A stretch of 64,000 nucleotides of DNA from positions 1 through 64,000 of the forward strand of contig CAVPXM010000021.1 in the NCBI GenBank assembly GCA_963709405.1, written 5' to 3'. Source of the DNA: an uncultured Nitrososphaerales archaeon (GTDB taxonomy: Archaea > Thermoproteota > Nitrososphaeria > Nitrososphaerales > Nitrososphaeraceae). The position numbers were made by a program, and so were the translations under genes. The notes under the pieces are model-generated. The model was given only the letters and a program-made list of their open reading frames with translations, was not told the DNA's origin and searched no databases. Positions 35,258 through 46,939 of the stretch are shown in pieces (the stretch's first letter is position 1; each line of letters opens with the position of its first letter).

Positions 35258-35349
35258 TTCATAATTATCCTAGCCTTAATGGTTTTCATCATTATTGGCC
35301 ATGTTGCACAATATTAATTAGGAACCTTTACAACATAATGTTGATCATC

Positions 35350-36381
35350 ATGAGCAATAGTGTATATCGGAATCTATCGTGTAGTGCGATTGATTTGAAT
35401 GACGTTATTAAGCGAACTACGGAACGCTGTTTTTCTACTGACCTAAAAAAACTGTCTAAGGGCCAGAGAATATTATTTGGTCTTGTTGGTAAAAGCATTC
35501 AATCTTTAGATGGACGGTCCAACAGATATAATCCTTATTGTGCAACTACAATAATACCTATCCAACCTATAAAGACGATGACGACTATCTACGCAATTGA
35601 TTCAAGTAGCACGAGGATTGGTGAGACCGATGATGGAAGTATTTATGCTATAAAATGTGGAATTGTTGTAGCTTCTAATTGTCAAACACTGCTCCACTAT
35701 AAACTTGGTCCACTAATATCCTACCTAAGCCGTGAAAATGTCAGAAATTCTGAATTAGATCACAAGCTAGTCAATCTCATCTTGTTTGATCATGAATCAG
35801 CTGAAAGGCTTATGCGAGTAAGGACTGAAAGATCGATTCAATATGAGTTGTCTAAGAGATTTAACAATTCGATAATCCTTGTTGACGGATCATTAAAAGC
35901 CTCTCCACTCGAATCCAGCCAGCAAAATATAATGAAGATAGTTGAGAACTGCTGTGTTAACAAGAATTCTCTCATAGGCATCACAAAGAAAACGAATCTA
36001 AGGATTCTTAGAAGTATTTTGACGCCGCTATCTAAAAGCAGGTCACCGGCATACATGGATGTAGATCCGATTATCAAAGGACTAATGGGAGATCTGATAG
36101 GTAACAACACGTTGGTCAAATTCGGAGGCAATGCTAGTCCAATACTACGTGCAGACATTGTTGATCCGGAGGGCAATAGAGATGTTACCCTAGGAAAATT
36201 ACTCGGCAATGATTCCACAATAAATGGTTATCCGGATTCGTTGAAATTAGCGCATCATATTTCAACTTTCGCTCCTACCGAAATAGCGTGCCTTAAAGGA
36301 TATCTGGTAAGCAAGTACGGGCTAGTAGAAGTCCAGCCTGAGAATATACGAAGCACATTACTTGGATCGGTGTCGTTATGA
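35350..36381 (+). CDS. nurA: NurA-family nuclease
   Basis: YAIDSS, LVDGSL, IGITK, GYPDSLKLAH; the ORF is open from 35233 and the start is uncertain. Confidence 0.82.
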   Translation: MSNSVYRNLSCSAIDLNDVIKRTTERCFSTDLKKLSKGQRILFGLVGKSIQSLDGRSNRYNPYCATTIIPIQPIKTMTTIYAIDSSSTRIGETDDGSIYAIKCGIVVASNCQTLLHYKLGPLISYLSRENVRNSELDHKLVNLILFDHESAERLMRVRTERSIQYELSKRFNNSIILVDGSLKASPLESSQQNIMKIVENCCVNKNSLIGITKKTNLRILRSILTPLSKSRSPAYMDVDPIIKGLMGDLIGNNTLVKFGGNASPILRADIVDPEGNRDVTLGKLLGNDSTINGYPDSLKLAHHISTFAPTEIACLKGYLVSKYGLVEVQPENIRSTLLGSVSL

Positions 36382-37856
36382 GAATCCTATCAAAAAATAA
36401 TGATGGTTTCTTAATGTTGGCAATGAAAACTGAAATAATCAATAAAGGTGAGTATCTACTAATTAGAGACGACAAGTCACACCAAAAATTGGTTGTCCAG
36501 GTATTCGATGAAGAATATCTATCTTCCCAACCACTTATAGATGATATGATTAGAGATGAAGTAGTAACAGCCTCGAGTCTGGAAAACATTCATGATCCCT
36601 TGAATATAAGTATGATATCGAATTTATTGAGAGACGCACGCATTTATCACACCAAAATAAGAGCCGCTATTGATTTTGCTGGGAATCTAACCACTGAAAT
36701 TACTGGCCTTCCTTCCAGGGTATTTTCTAGGGTAAGTCTTCTGAGACTTTCTGAACTTCATTCTCTGCTGGGTAGGACAGGAAACTTTCCTATTCGTCTT
36801 GGCAGAACAGGTATGGCGAATGAAGATATGGTGATCTATGCAGAAGATCTAGATGGTAAATTGAATATCATCACAGGAAAAAAAGAATGTGGTAAATCAC
36901 ACCTTTCCAAAATGCTGGTCAAGACGCTCTTGGAACATGGCGGTTACATAGTAGTTTTCGACTTGAATAATGAATATGCAGGTCTAGCATATAATAAGGA
37001 TAAGTCATCATCGCATATAGCAAGTCGACTCATTAAGCTCGAGCTAGGAGATATCTTAAATTTCTCGTTGGATTACTGTGGGAAGGCTGCAATTTCTAAT
37101 ATGTTGAAGAATGCGCTTGAAATGCCCGGAGCATCGCTACGGGAATTCATGCGCATATGGGATCAACTCGAGTGTAGAAAATCATTAAATCTGGCAAGCA
37201 TTGAGAATGCAATTAACAGCTGGAACATCAATGAATTTGTGCGAGAGGCGCTTATTTCCAGATTTCACACGATTCAAACATCTAAATTGTTTTCAGATGA
37301 CATAAACAAGAAAAGCTTGAAATTTGAAGACATAATCTCAGGAATGAACGGAGGTGCTGCTATGATAGTCAACATGGCTGAACTGTCCCCACTTGTGAGG
37401 AGAATGCTAGTAGAGTTGATATTAAGCAAATTAGTGGAACTGCTCGAAAAAACTCTAATACCACCTATCTTTCTCTTTGCGGAAGAGGCGCACTTGTATG
37501 TTAGAGACACGTATTGGGAGGACATTATTACAAGAATGAGGCATTTTGGAATCTATGCAACCTTTATTACCAACCAGCCTGACGCTATCAATGATGGGAT
37601 CTATAGACAAGTCGATAATATCTTCCTGTTTAATTTCGTGAATGAGAATGATTTGGACAAAATATCAAAGGTATCACTTGCGGACAGTGATACCATTAGA
37701 TCCATAGTCAGGACCTTACCTCAACGTTGCTGCTTAGCGATTGGGAAGGCTGTATGCGATCTACCTGTCGTCGTAAAGGTAGCTACGCTGGAGGTCTTGG
37801 CCATGGGAGAAACAAAAAAATTCTTTAGACGACAAAGTTTAGAGAGCTGTTATTAG
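36378..37856 (+). CDS. herA: HerA-family (DUF87) ATPase/helicase
   Basis: Walker A GKKECGKS, FDLNNEY, Walker B FAEEAH, MRHFG, ITNQP; ATGA overlap with nurA. Confidence 0.85.
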   Translation: MRILSKNNDGFLMLAMKTEIINKGEYLLIRDDKSHQKLVVQVFDEEYLSSQPLIDDMIRDEVVTASSLENIHDPLNISMISNLLRDARIYHTKIRAAIDFAGNLTTEITGLPSRVFSRVSLLRLSELHSLLGRTGNFPIRLGRTGMANEDMVIYAEDLDGKLNIITGKKECGKSHLSKMLVKTLLEHGGYIVVFDLNNEYAGLAYNKDKSSSHIASRLIKLELGDILNFSLDYCGKAAISNMLKNALEMPGASLREFMRIWDQLECRKSLNLASIENAINSWNINEFVREALISRFHTIQTSKLFSDDINKKSLKFEDIISGMNGGAAMIVNMAELSPLVRRMLVELILSKLVELLEKTLIPPIFLFAEEAHLYVRDTYWEDIITRMRHFGIYATFITNQPDAINDGIYRQVDNIFLFNFVNENDLDKISKVSLADSDTIRSIVRTLPQRCCLAIGKAVCDLPVVVKVATLEVLAMGETKKFFRRQSLESCY

Positions 37857-38150
37857 CTTAGGCAGATGTAATTGGGATCTTGACTCGGACTCGAGTGTTG
37901 TGTTATTTATCGGCAGATATACTTCATCACCAATGAAGACAATATATCCTTTGACTTGCGTCTTTTGCATATTAGATTGCTCACCTTAATACGTATCATA
38001 GCTCTGTTCACGTGATCCTCGGATTGCGGATACGTCATGAACGATGCTTCATCACTTTATATTCATTACACACGATAATCATTACACTCAGATAGGAACA
38101 TTCTTAACTTAGACCAGTCTAGCATTTATGTAGTGGTTGTGTAGGGTAGA

Positions 38151-38591
38151 ATGAGCGACAGGAGTCGTGACTTGCTATTTACAAAGGTAGGTACGGTAAT
38201 TTTATTAGTATCAGATATTGATAGGTCTATGAAGTTTTATAATGATATTCTTGGCCTTCCCATTAAAACAAAATCTTCGGATTGGGTTGAATTCTTTAAC
38301 AGGGAAACAACATTGGCCCTCCATCCTATTAAGAAGGGCAGAAGTAAATCTCGTCATGAAGAAATCAAGAGTGGAATGGCTACCTTGGTAGGATTCATGG
38401 TTAGCGATCTGGAAGCAACTGCAAAAATATTAAAGGATAACAACGTGAAATTTTTCAAAGACCTTAAAAATGAATCATTCGGTAAACATGCAATAATCGA
38501 AGATCCTGATGGACATTTAATATCTATCGCAGAAATTAAATCAAAACCTTCCGAAGAATTCGATTTATTGGGATTACTTGGCGCTGAATAG
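38151..38591 (+). CDS. VOC/glyoxalase-family protein
   Basis: VSDIDRSMKFY..LG, FMVSDL, EDPDGH. Confidence 0.88.
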   Translation: MSDRSRDLLFTKVGTVILLVSDIDRSMKFYNDILGLPIKTKSSDWVEFFNRETTLALHPIKKGRSKSRHEEIKSGMATLVGFMVSDLEATAKILKDNNVKFFKDLKNESFGKHAIIEDPDGHLISIAEIKSKPSEEFDLLGLLGAE

Positions 38592-39244
38592 GCATCAAGG
38601 CATTCTGCAAATACGTGATTCCGAGAAACATGCACTATTTGTGATGGGAATGTTTGGACCCATTTGTAGTATCCAGGGTCAATCTGCGTTTATTTCTAAC
38701 TGATTGTGTGGATCAAATTTGAATGCAGATAGCAAGTTGATGAGTTGGAACACATATTCATAGTCATCTAATCGTATTACAATATAGGAGTGGGATTGTA
38801 TGCTCGGAATGTCACAGAATGATCCTAAGAACCTGATGACTAGTGACATCTTAGAAGGTTCTTATCTATAAAATATTGAGTCAGTACATAATAGATATGA
38901 GATTCTGCCTAAATATTAGTAGGATAGCACATTTCATCGTCTATTTAATGGAAATTACCAGGAAATTACCAGGAAAGTTTAAAATCCCCTACATTTTTAA
39001 TTGGTGACTGTCCAAGGCATAATCACTCTTCTTACAACAGATGTTCGTAGTTTCTTTCAAGCACTACTCTTAGATTCCTTACCTATCAATATCCTATGGC
39101 AGGAACATTCACGCTTGTTGTAGCCTTTCTGAATCATCTTTGTATCTCTTATGGTTACGCTTATTTGTGATATATCTTTACTTTGTGAGCAACTTCGGCC
39201 TCTAGCCAAAGTAAATCAGATTAGTTTGACTAATTTCGCTAAAA

Positions 39245-39720
39245 TCAACCGTAATATTTACGCTGACTGCCAGCAGCACCGTCGGGTTCTGTCCTTGAAC
39301 CTATCAGTATATCACTGAAGTAATGCTCATCAATGAGGTTCTCTCTAAGCTTCTCCGGATCTCGCTGCGGTAAGTCTAATTTCAAACCATTACTTAAAGT
39401 GAGAGAGGTCTCAATATTGTTTATTGCTCTGAATTTTCCCCTCATTCTGTACAGCTATATTCAACAGAGGTTGGATATTATCTAATATTTTTCCTAATGA
39501 GTTAAGGTAATACTCACCATGTTTTCTTCTGGTGAGTCGAGTTCTAAGAATACTATTTGCCTTAGAATAAAATTGCTCCCGAGGGAGTGCTATTTTATTC
39601 AAAAGAAATATCAGCTTCATCGCCCGCTATCGCCGTCGTGTTAAACATGTTTAACCAAATACGATCTGAAATGGCTCCTACAATATCTAGTTTTGACACA
39701 GGCTTATTAACCAAATCCAT
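39245..39720 (-). pseudogene. Fragmented winged-helix (ArsR-like) regulator
   Basis: Three overlapping fragments: AISDRIWLNMFNT / LPREQFYSK..RKHGEYYLNSLGKI / KFRAINNIE. Confidence 0.65.
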
Positions 39721-40117
39721 ACTTTTGAAAGTAGTAGAGTTAAAGTAGGTAGATATTTCAAAATATATGTTAGAATATTGTTCTATTTGTAACTGCTCTT
39801 GAGGATGTGCAGCGATCTTCATTCTTTTCATTATTCTATCTGACAACCCTGTTAGATTGTTCAAACATGATAACCTACCGCCGGATGCCTGGACAGCTCA
39901 GCGCAATTTTAACTTTCTAAAGTTGAACCACAAGTTAGCAGTGTTGCTGGCCCATTATTACTTATCATTACAATTCTCAAACTTCGTTGCTTTGTGTTTG
40001 AGATTGAACCCCGGTATGCCTCATTATCAGCCTTTTATGACTGAAAGGGTCGAAATACCATTCAATTTTTTTTTACAAATATTAATAAATGGAGTCCTTT
40101 ATACGTATCTCGATTCC

Positions 40118-41389
40118 TTGTATTTATATCATAATGAAGAATTAGTTTCAAAATTCAAAAATGTTGATGTTTCGATAATTATTCCTACATATAATGAATC
40201 GGAAAATATTTTGAAATTGATTGATGCAATTAAGGTTAATCTCCCCGAGAAAATTATTGCAGAAATTATTATTGTTGATGATAATTCGCCTGATGGAACT
40301 GGTACTGTTGTGGAAAATTACATCCGGACAAGTAAAAATTCGAGACCCATTAATAATTCTCAACTACCTCGAAAACAAAAAGTTGAGAGTAATACTATAG
40401 ATGATTCGATAAGTAGTACAATTCAAATTAAGGTATTACATAGAGAAAATAAAGTAGGCCTTATTCCAGCTATCCTTAATGGAATAGCGTCTTCAGTAGG
40501 AAAATACATTTTGATTATGGATGCTGATTTTTCCCATCCTCCAGACACTATCCCTAAATTGATCAATGAACTGATCCGGGATCCAGATTCGATTGTAGTT
40601 GCTTCACGATACGCTCTTGGAGGTTCCATAAAGGGTTGGCCATACAAAAGGCGAATTCTTAGTAGTAGTGCAATAAAAATTGCTCAGCATAGCTTGAAGG
40701 TACAAGATATTAACGACCCAATATCAGGTTTCTTTGCGATCTCTCGTAATGCTATTGAAAATGTGAAGATCGATACTATGGGGTATAAACTATTGTTAGA
40801 AATACTAGTGAAAGTCAAAGGAAAAAGGGTAAAAGAAATTCCATATACGTTTGTCAATAGAAAATCTGGAAGGAGTAAACTCGATCTACCGGTTGTTCTT
40901 GATTATTTAAGGTCGGTTTGGCGGTTGTATCGTTACGGGCAAAAAACTAGAAACAAAGAGAAATCTAATGTTGAAAAACGCAGTTCAGTCCGATTCTTGT
41001 CAAAAGTGGGTAGATTCTACACGGTAGGCGCAAGTGGTCTTGCATTAAATTTCTTAATATCTTACCTTCTTTCAAACACTATATCAAATATGTGGTATAT
41101 CCACGCGACTATTATAGGGATAGGATTTTCAATAACCTCTAACTTTATTTTCAATAAAATTTGGACTTTTGAAGATATGAAATTTCCGATAAAGTCAACT
41201 TTACGTCAGTATGGACTCTTTGTACTTATTAGTACTTTTGGTGCGGCCCTTCAATTAGGGTTACTCTACATGTTTGTGCAGTATGGGTTCCAATATGGAC
41301 TCTCACTAATTTTTGCTGTTGCTCTTGCATCGGCCAATAATTTCTTCTTGAACAAGAAACTTACGTTCCATGAGAAAATATGGGCATGA
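40118..41389 (+). CDS. Polyprenol-phosphate mannosyltransferase (DPM1-like GT2) fused to a GtrA membrane domain
   Basis: IIPTYNE, VDDNSPDGT, MDADFSHPP, ASRY, DPISGF; C-terminal TM helices with NFIFNKIWTF; start re-assigned from 39857. Confidence 0.9.
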   Translation: MYLYHNEELVSKFKNVDVSIIIPTYNESENILKLIDAIKVNLPEKIIAEIIIVDDNSPDGTGTVVENYIRTSKNSRPINNSQLPRKQKVESNTIDDSISSTIQIKVLHRENKVGLIPAILNGIASSVGKYILIMDADFSHPPDTIPKLINELIRDPDSIVVASRYALGGSIKGWPYKRRILSSSAIKIAQHSLKVQDINDPISGFFAISRNAIENVKIDTMGYKLLLEILVKVKGKRVKEIPYTFVNRKSGRSKLDLPVVLDYLRSVWRLYRYGQKTRNKEKSNVEKRSSVRFLSKVGRFYTVGASGLALNFLISYLLSNTISNMWYIHATIIGIGFSITSNFIFNKIWTFEDMKFPIKSTLRQYGLFVLISTFGAALQLGLLYMFVQYGFQYGLSLIFAVALASANNFFLNKKLTFHEKIWA

Positions 41390-42066
41390 ATATAGCATTT
41401 TTAGCACCTGCAAAATTTCTTACTCTGCCGAAATAAGTCCTGACATTAAGACCTTCTCGGCTAGACTGAAGATTAGGGTATTATTTATTCCTGGTGTAGC
41501 TGACGATAATTAATCAGCGTTGTGATTATGAGTGCATAATACTTAATTCGAATCGCAAGTGTAGATCACTTTGTTATATTCAGTATCACAAAGCCTGAAT
41601 AAGGTTCGGTTGTTGTGACACATCAAGTCATGTTAAAACATAACTGAGTAGATCAAACTTTTATGTGATACGAAATGTTGTTATAATGAGCAACGATTGA
41701 ACGTCATGTATTGGTGAGTGAATCGAGAATATCATCGAAAATAACTTTGTGGGATGTAAGACAGATTCTATATAAAGATAAACCATTCCAGGATTTGTGT
41801 TCGAACCACTTACTCGACTATACGAGTGATAGATGAGTTATCTCGGACCCTCATTCGCATACACATATCGACTCCCCAGAATTGAATTATCGTGCAATTC
41901 ATGATTGAGATGAAAGGCAACTAAATCAATGGAAAATTGTTTGTAATAGTTCGAGCTTTCCGAGTCAACCAACATATATAAAGTGAATCTATACAAATCT
42001 CGATCTGATCAAACATCAACCTATTGAAAACCATCCCCATGATACTCTTTAGCCTTTTCTGTGGCG

Positions 42067-42210
42067 CTAGAACTTCGGAATTCGTTCCTCATCCGCATGA
42101 TGAAAGAACCCCAGAAAGTACGTTTTCGTAGGCCAGCACACCCGCTCGCATAGCCCATTGACACTTTCTGAAGTGTGTATGGCTTTGCCACAATCCAAAC
42201 ATTTAGTCAA
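42067..42210 (-). CDS. Putative CxxC microprotein, not in the ORF track
   Basis: TTG start: MTKCLDCGKAIHTSESVNGLCERVCW..; removing one base gives a second CxxC (LCEGC) and a stop at 42021. Confidence 0.35.
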   Translation of the reverse strand: MTKCLDCGKAIHTSESVNGLCERVCWPTKTYFLGFFHHADEERIPKF

Positions 42211-42609
42211 TTAGCTTTTCACGTCTTATCATTAGTAAACTTAATCGCGATATATTTAACTAGCGAGTTTCCAGAATCGACTAGAGTATGCGACGTTTGT
42301 GATAAGAGTGATTAGTGTCTTCGAATCGGGAGCCTAATTCGAAGATTATTTCATCGTGACAATACCTAGTGACAAATGAAGATGTTGATCTCCGAGAGGT
42401 TTACAAAGAATTTCAGATATTTTCATTTTCTCTTCATGCCTCTTTGATTTAGATGGATATATGAATCTGGCACTCGAAGATAGATTAGCAAAAACATAAA
42501 GGAGTTACGTTTCGTTATTTTCAACCTCTCTTTGCCAGTAACCTGCTTTTATGTCATATATAAATACAAAACGTTTAATAGATTACAGCTAAATTGAGTT
42601 ACTGTACTA

Positions 42610-45138
42610 TTGGCTTTCCGTCATTATACGGGAGATGACGAAAAAACCTCGACGTCTGAACATCCTCAACAGCATCATCTAGTCCGTACACTGGGTTTGG
42701 TCGATGTTATAATGATCGGCATAGCGGGCATGATTGGTGGAGCAATTTTTGTCTTAGTCGGCCCTGCAATAGGATTAGCGGGAAGCGCAGTAATTATAGC
42801 ATTCATTATCAATGGAATTATTACGCTTTTTACTGCCATGGGCTATGCCGAGTTGGGTTCTGCCATGCCAGAAGCAGGTGGGGGGTACCTGTGGGTTAGA
42901 GAGGGATTACCGAGACCGAACGCTTTTATAAGTGGATGGATGGCATGGTTTGCTCATATTGTCGCGGGCAGCTTATATGCAGTAGGATATGCTTCATTTC
43001 AGTATAACTTGCTAAAAATGTTGGGCATAGTCGGTAATGAGCCACTTTTTGGCATTATTCCTGTGGACAAGCTTATTGCTATCTTAGCAATTGCTGCATT
43101 TACTTACGTTAATATCAAAGGAGTTTCCGAGGCAGGAAAAGCTGGAATAATAATTACTATAATCCAACTCGGAACTATTTTTGCCCTAATAGGTGCAGGC
43201 ATATTAACTATGAATAGCAATCCTGATTGGTATAGTAATCTTACAACCAATTTTGCACCTAACGGCATCGGGGGCATAGTAGCCGCGATGGGTTTAACAT
43301 TTATTGCATTTGAAGGATATGAAATTATCGTCCAAACAGGCGAAGAAGTGAAAAATCCGAAAAAAAATATCCCAAGGGCAATATTCATTTCATTGACTCT
43401 TGTAGTATTGCTATATTGTTTAGTTGCATTTGTGTCTGTCGGGGCGATATTTCACAAGAATATTGGTAATTCTATTACTCCATGGCAGTTCATAGGTCGA
43501 AATGGAGATCTAGGAATAATGAAGGCTGCACAACTCTTCTTACCATATGGTTCTTTTATCATTCTCGCAGGAGGCATTGTATCAAGCCTAGCAGCTTTGA
43601 ACGCAACCACATACTCATCTTCTAGAGTTGCATTCGCGATGGGTAGACATTATAATCTTCCCCATCAGCTCAGCACAATTCATAGTAAATTCAAGACACC
43701 CTACATAGCCACGATAATCTCGGGAGTAATAATGGCCGTTGTGGCTTATTCTCTTCCCCTTACACAAATAGCAGTCGCTTCGGGTGTTATTTTTTTACTA
43801 CTCTTTACTCAGGTAAATATTTCAGTCATCACGATTAGAAAGATGTATGGAGATAAGCTAAATTATGGTTTTAAGACTCCATTCTTTCCAGTAATACCGA
43901 TTATAGGGGTTTTTCTAAAATTAGGGCTTGCCATTTATCTGTTAGTCACACAGCCGATAAGTTGGGTGATAAGTCTATTGTGGATAGCGGTAGGCTTTTT
44001 CTTATACCGAATATACACGTTTAGAAGAGAAATAGAACATTATGCACCGCTGATTACAAGTGAGGGAGACCTTACTAGAAAGGATTTTCGGATTCTGATT
44101 CCTTACACTCCGGAGAATCCTGACAGACTGATAAAATATGCCATAAGGGTTGCAAAGGAGAACGGTGGAGAAATCAACGTCCTGAGAATTATTACCGTCC
44201 CAAATCAGACGCCACTTTCCGCTGGAGTTGCATTTACAGAGTCAGCAAGAAGGGCTTTCGAACCCTTGGAAATAATGATAGAAAGGGAAAATATTCTAAA
44301 CCATTATCTCGTAAGAATCTCTCATGACACTACGGAGGCGATATTAGCAACGATTGAGGAACAAAGAATCGATCTGATGATAACAGATTTTGAAACCTAT
44401 CGTAACAACAAAGCTCTTCAAACACTCGTAACCTGCAATGTACTGGCCATTTTGACTGGCGGGACTAGCGATGAAGACCTTGTACTAGAGGAACCTCATA
44501 CGATAGAACCATCGCTAGCTGGTCAACAACCTGGATTGCGAGAAAGTGAAGACAACCTAGGTGGCGTCACTTCCACAATCAGTAAGAAAAACATGGTAGT
44601 CTTGTATGATAGCGAAAACCATTCAGACATAGTATTGAAAACCGCTAGTTGGCTTGAGCATTCAGGTAAATTCAAAGTGAGCGTGCTATCTGTAGAAAAA
44701 CGAGAGGATGGATATAATAATAATCACGAGAAAACCAGTAGGAAGAACCAGAATTATCACGAAGCACAATATGGGGAAATTCGAGAAGAACCAGAAAGTA
44801 GGAAGGACGAGATAGAGGATCTTTTGACCGAACGAGATCAACACAGACAGTATCTCGAGCAGATTGGAGTTGAGTTCAATGAAATTTATTTATCGAAAAA
44901 GACAGAGAGTAATAGTCAACAATTTGCTAAATTGCTTCTATCTGCAATTAATGCTTCTCAAGCAGATTTACTCGTGACAGGCGCTAATATTGGCAAATAC
45001 AATCTATTTAACAATCAACATTTTATTTCAATGCTAGACAAGCTTAACTGCCCAACGATTATAGCGAAAAGCTTTTCCATTCCAGGTGTGAGCCGTATCA
45101 GATCCCTTATTATGAGAATATTTCATAGGCAAATCTGA
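42610..45138 (+). CDS. APC-family amino acid permease with C-terminal USP-like domains
   Basis: GMIGGAIF, YAELGSAMPEAGGGY, FEGYE..GEEVKNP; soluble tail with ILIPY..VLRIITVP. Confidence 0.9.
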   Translation: MAFRHYTGDDEKTSTSEHPQQHHLVRTLGLVDVIMIGIAGMIGGAIFVLVGPAIGLAGSAVIIAFIINGIITLFTAMGYAELGSAMPEAGGGYLWVREGLPRPNAFISGWMAWFAHIVAGSLYAVGYASFQYNLLKMLGIVGNEPLFGIIPVDKLIAILAIAAFTYVNIKGVSEAGKAGIIITIIQLGTIFALIGAGILTMNSNPDWYSNLTTNFAPNGIGGIVAAMGLTFIAFEGYEIIVQTGEEVKNPKKNIPRAIFISLTLVVLLYCLVAFVSVGAIFHKNIGNSITPWQFIGRNGDLGIMKAAQLFLPYGSFIILAGGIVSSLAALNATTYSSSRVAFAMGRHYNLPHQLSTIHSKFKTPYIATIISGVIMAVVAYSLPLTQIAVASGVIFLLLFTQVNISVITIRKMYGDKLNYGFKTPFFPVIPIIGVFLKLGLAIYLLVTQPISWVISLLWIAVGFFLYRIYTFRREIEHYAPLITSEGDLTRKDFRILIPYTPENPDRLIKYAIRVAKENGGEINVLRIITVPNQTPLSAGVAFTESARRAFEPLEIMIERENILNHYLVRISHDTTEAILATIEEQRIDLMITDFETYRNNKALQTLVTCNVLAILTGGTSDEDLVLEEPHTIEPSLAGQQPGLRESEDNLGGVTSTISKKNMVVLYDSENHSDIVLKTASWLEHSGKFKVSVLSVEKREDGYNNNHEKTSRKNQNYHEAQYGEIREEPESRKDEIEDLLTERDQHRQYLEQIGVEFNEIYLSKKTESNSQQFAKLLLSAINASQADLLVTGANIGKYNLFNNQHFISMLDKLNCPTIIAKSFSIPGVSRIRSLIMRIFHRQI

Positions 45139-45872
45139 ATTGTAACTAGTCCTTTTCAGACAAACTACTGAAATAATACCTCTTTAGCTATGGGTCAGAA
45201 AATTCTACATGGTCATATTGACACTTAAAGAATATCATGATAGTATTGTCCGGTGCGAACATCTGACGGGCATATAATGCTTCGTTATATCAAATTAAAG
45301 GCTTATCAAGATCAAAGTACCGGCTTAACCAATTCTAGAGCATGATGGAGATGGTAAAGGGTGCCTGACAGGGTGTCAGAAGCTCACATCTATAAGACTG
45401 ATAACATTAAAGCTCTTAGGCAACTTTTCTTGAACTCACTATCATATTCCAAAAATATATCTAGCAAGAGTGAGACGGCACTTTACTAATAAGATCGATC
45501 ACTCTCATTTTTGGTAGTATCTCATATTTAGCTTAACAACAAAAATGCACTGACTGCTGATATACTACTAATCATCTATCAGTTCAAGATCTAACAAATG
45601 TGCTGACCAAACTTCAATATAGAAACTCACCAGATATTCCATATCTTCTTGTCTTAGTTTTCTTTCTGCTTTTTATGTGCATCGATTGATCAATGTCTTA
45701 ATCATTTAGTTTCACCCATAATCTAATTCTAATGAATCTTGATAGATGACGCTAGATAGCAAGGTGGCTGCCGAATTAGAATGATAACTTCGGCACAACG
45801 AAAATGCAAGCATTCATACCGTAAGAATCTTTTCAAAGATAGTTTCATATGAATATAATGTTCCATCCGGTA

Positions 45873-46547
45873 GCTTTGTTACCTTAAGCGTTTATTGCTC
45901 CCTTGCTATGCACGTTTACGAAAAGGGTCAACCATATTGTACATGTTTAGTCTACAATTCTCTTTTCTACAATGGAAATAGTCGTCAAAACTCTCGGTTC
46001 TATTCTTGATATACTGCATTGTTCTTTCAATAAGACTTTTCTCAATTGTGGAATGTATGTGATGCTTTAATCTCAAGAATCTGCAAGCTTGTGGATACTA
46101 CATATCACAATCTGTAGATATCGAATGCTTACCATATCCTTTTATCAATGATGAAATAAAACGCTCTGCAATGAACATATTTCCTTCTTTTGATACACTA
46201 ATTCCAAGAATTTCCTTGGATTCAGACTCTATTGCAATCCAAATCCACATGTAATTAGAACCATTCTTTTTTTATCGTGGTTGCATCAATGATAAATTCC
46301 GGTGTCCTTTTCTCTTTCGCTTGATTCTTTTAGGTCTGCACTTTTGAATCCATTTACAGATGGATACATTACTCCTTTTGACGAATCGAGATAATGACCT
46401 TTGACGTATTCCTATATGATAAACCTAGAAAGTACAAGTACAATCCATAGTCAACATACTTTGAATCTGTCCTATCTCTTTTAACAATCATGTTAAAGAG
46501 ATAGGACTTCATCTTCAGCTATAGGATTTTCTTTAAGTTAAGACAGC
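45873..46547 (-). mobile_element. IS6-family element remnant
   Basis: YGLYLYFLGLSYR..WIQK..FIIDAT..WIWIAIE..NMFIAERF..IERTMQYIKNRTESFDDYF; terminal repeats gctttgttaccttaag / tttaagttaagacagc. Confidence 0.85.
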
Positions 46548-46939
46548 TCATCCGGCACCTTATAGCCAGTATGACCAGAAAGCATTCATACATTCAATTC
46601 TGGACACAGGGATCTTGGCAAGCTTGGAAAAATAGATAATAGGCATAATGGGTTGATGCAAACATGATCGTTTCAAATCAAGTCAGTCCCTCATCCTTTA
46701 TTGGAATGATATATCGGGAATGCTTTCTAATGCCAAGATTCAAACAGGTAACGGAAAACTTGATGCCCTAGATGTAAGGATAAGTGAGAGCATTGTCTGT
46801 TGTGGATCAGTCACGATATAATCTAAAGGGATTAAACTCGTGGAGTTCATGGGGCCTTCGTATCGTCCTGCGTCAAGCTGTCGCCAAATCAGGAAGGACC
46901 TCATCATCAAGCCAATACCACAGATTTCGTATGCACTAG

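Noticed and set aside
38950-38976. Tandem ggaaattacca x2.5
   Set aside because: Short isolated duplication with no spacers and no functional context
39857-40117. 87-aa N-terminal extension of the DPM1-like ORF
   Set aside because: Random-looking sequence overlapping a divergent pseudogene and T-rich promoter DNA; the true start is more likely ~40118
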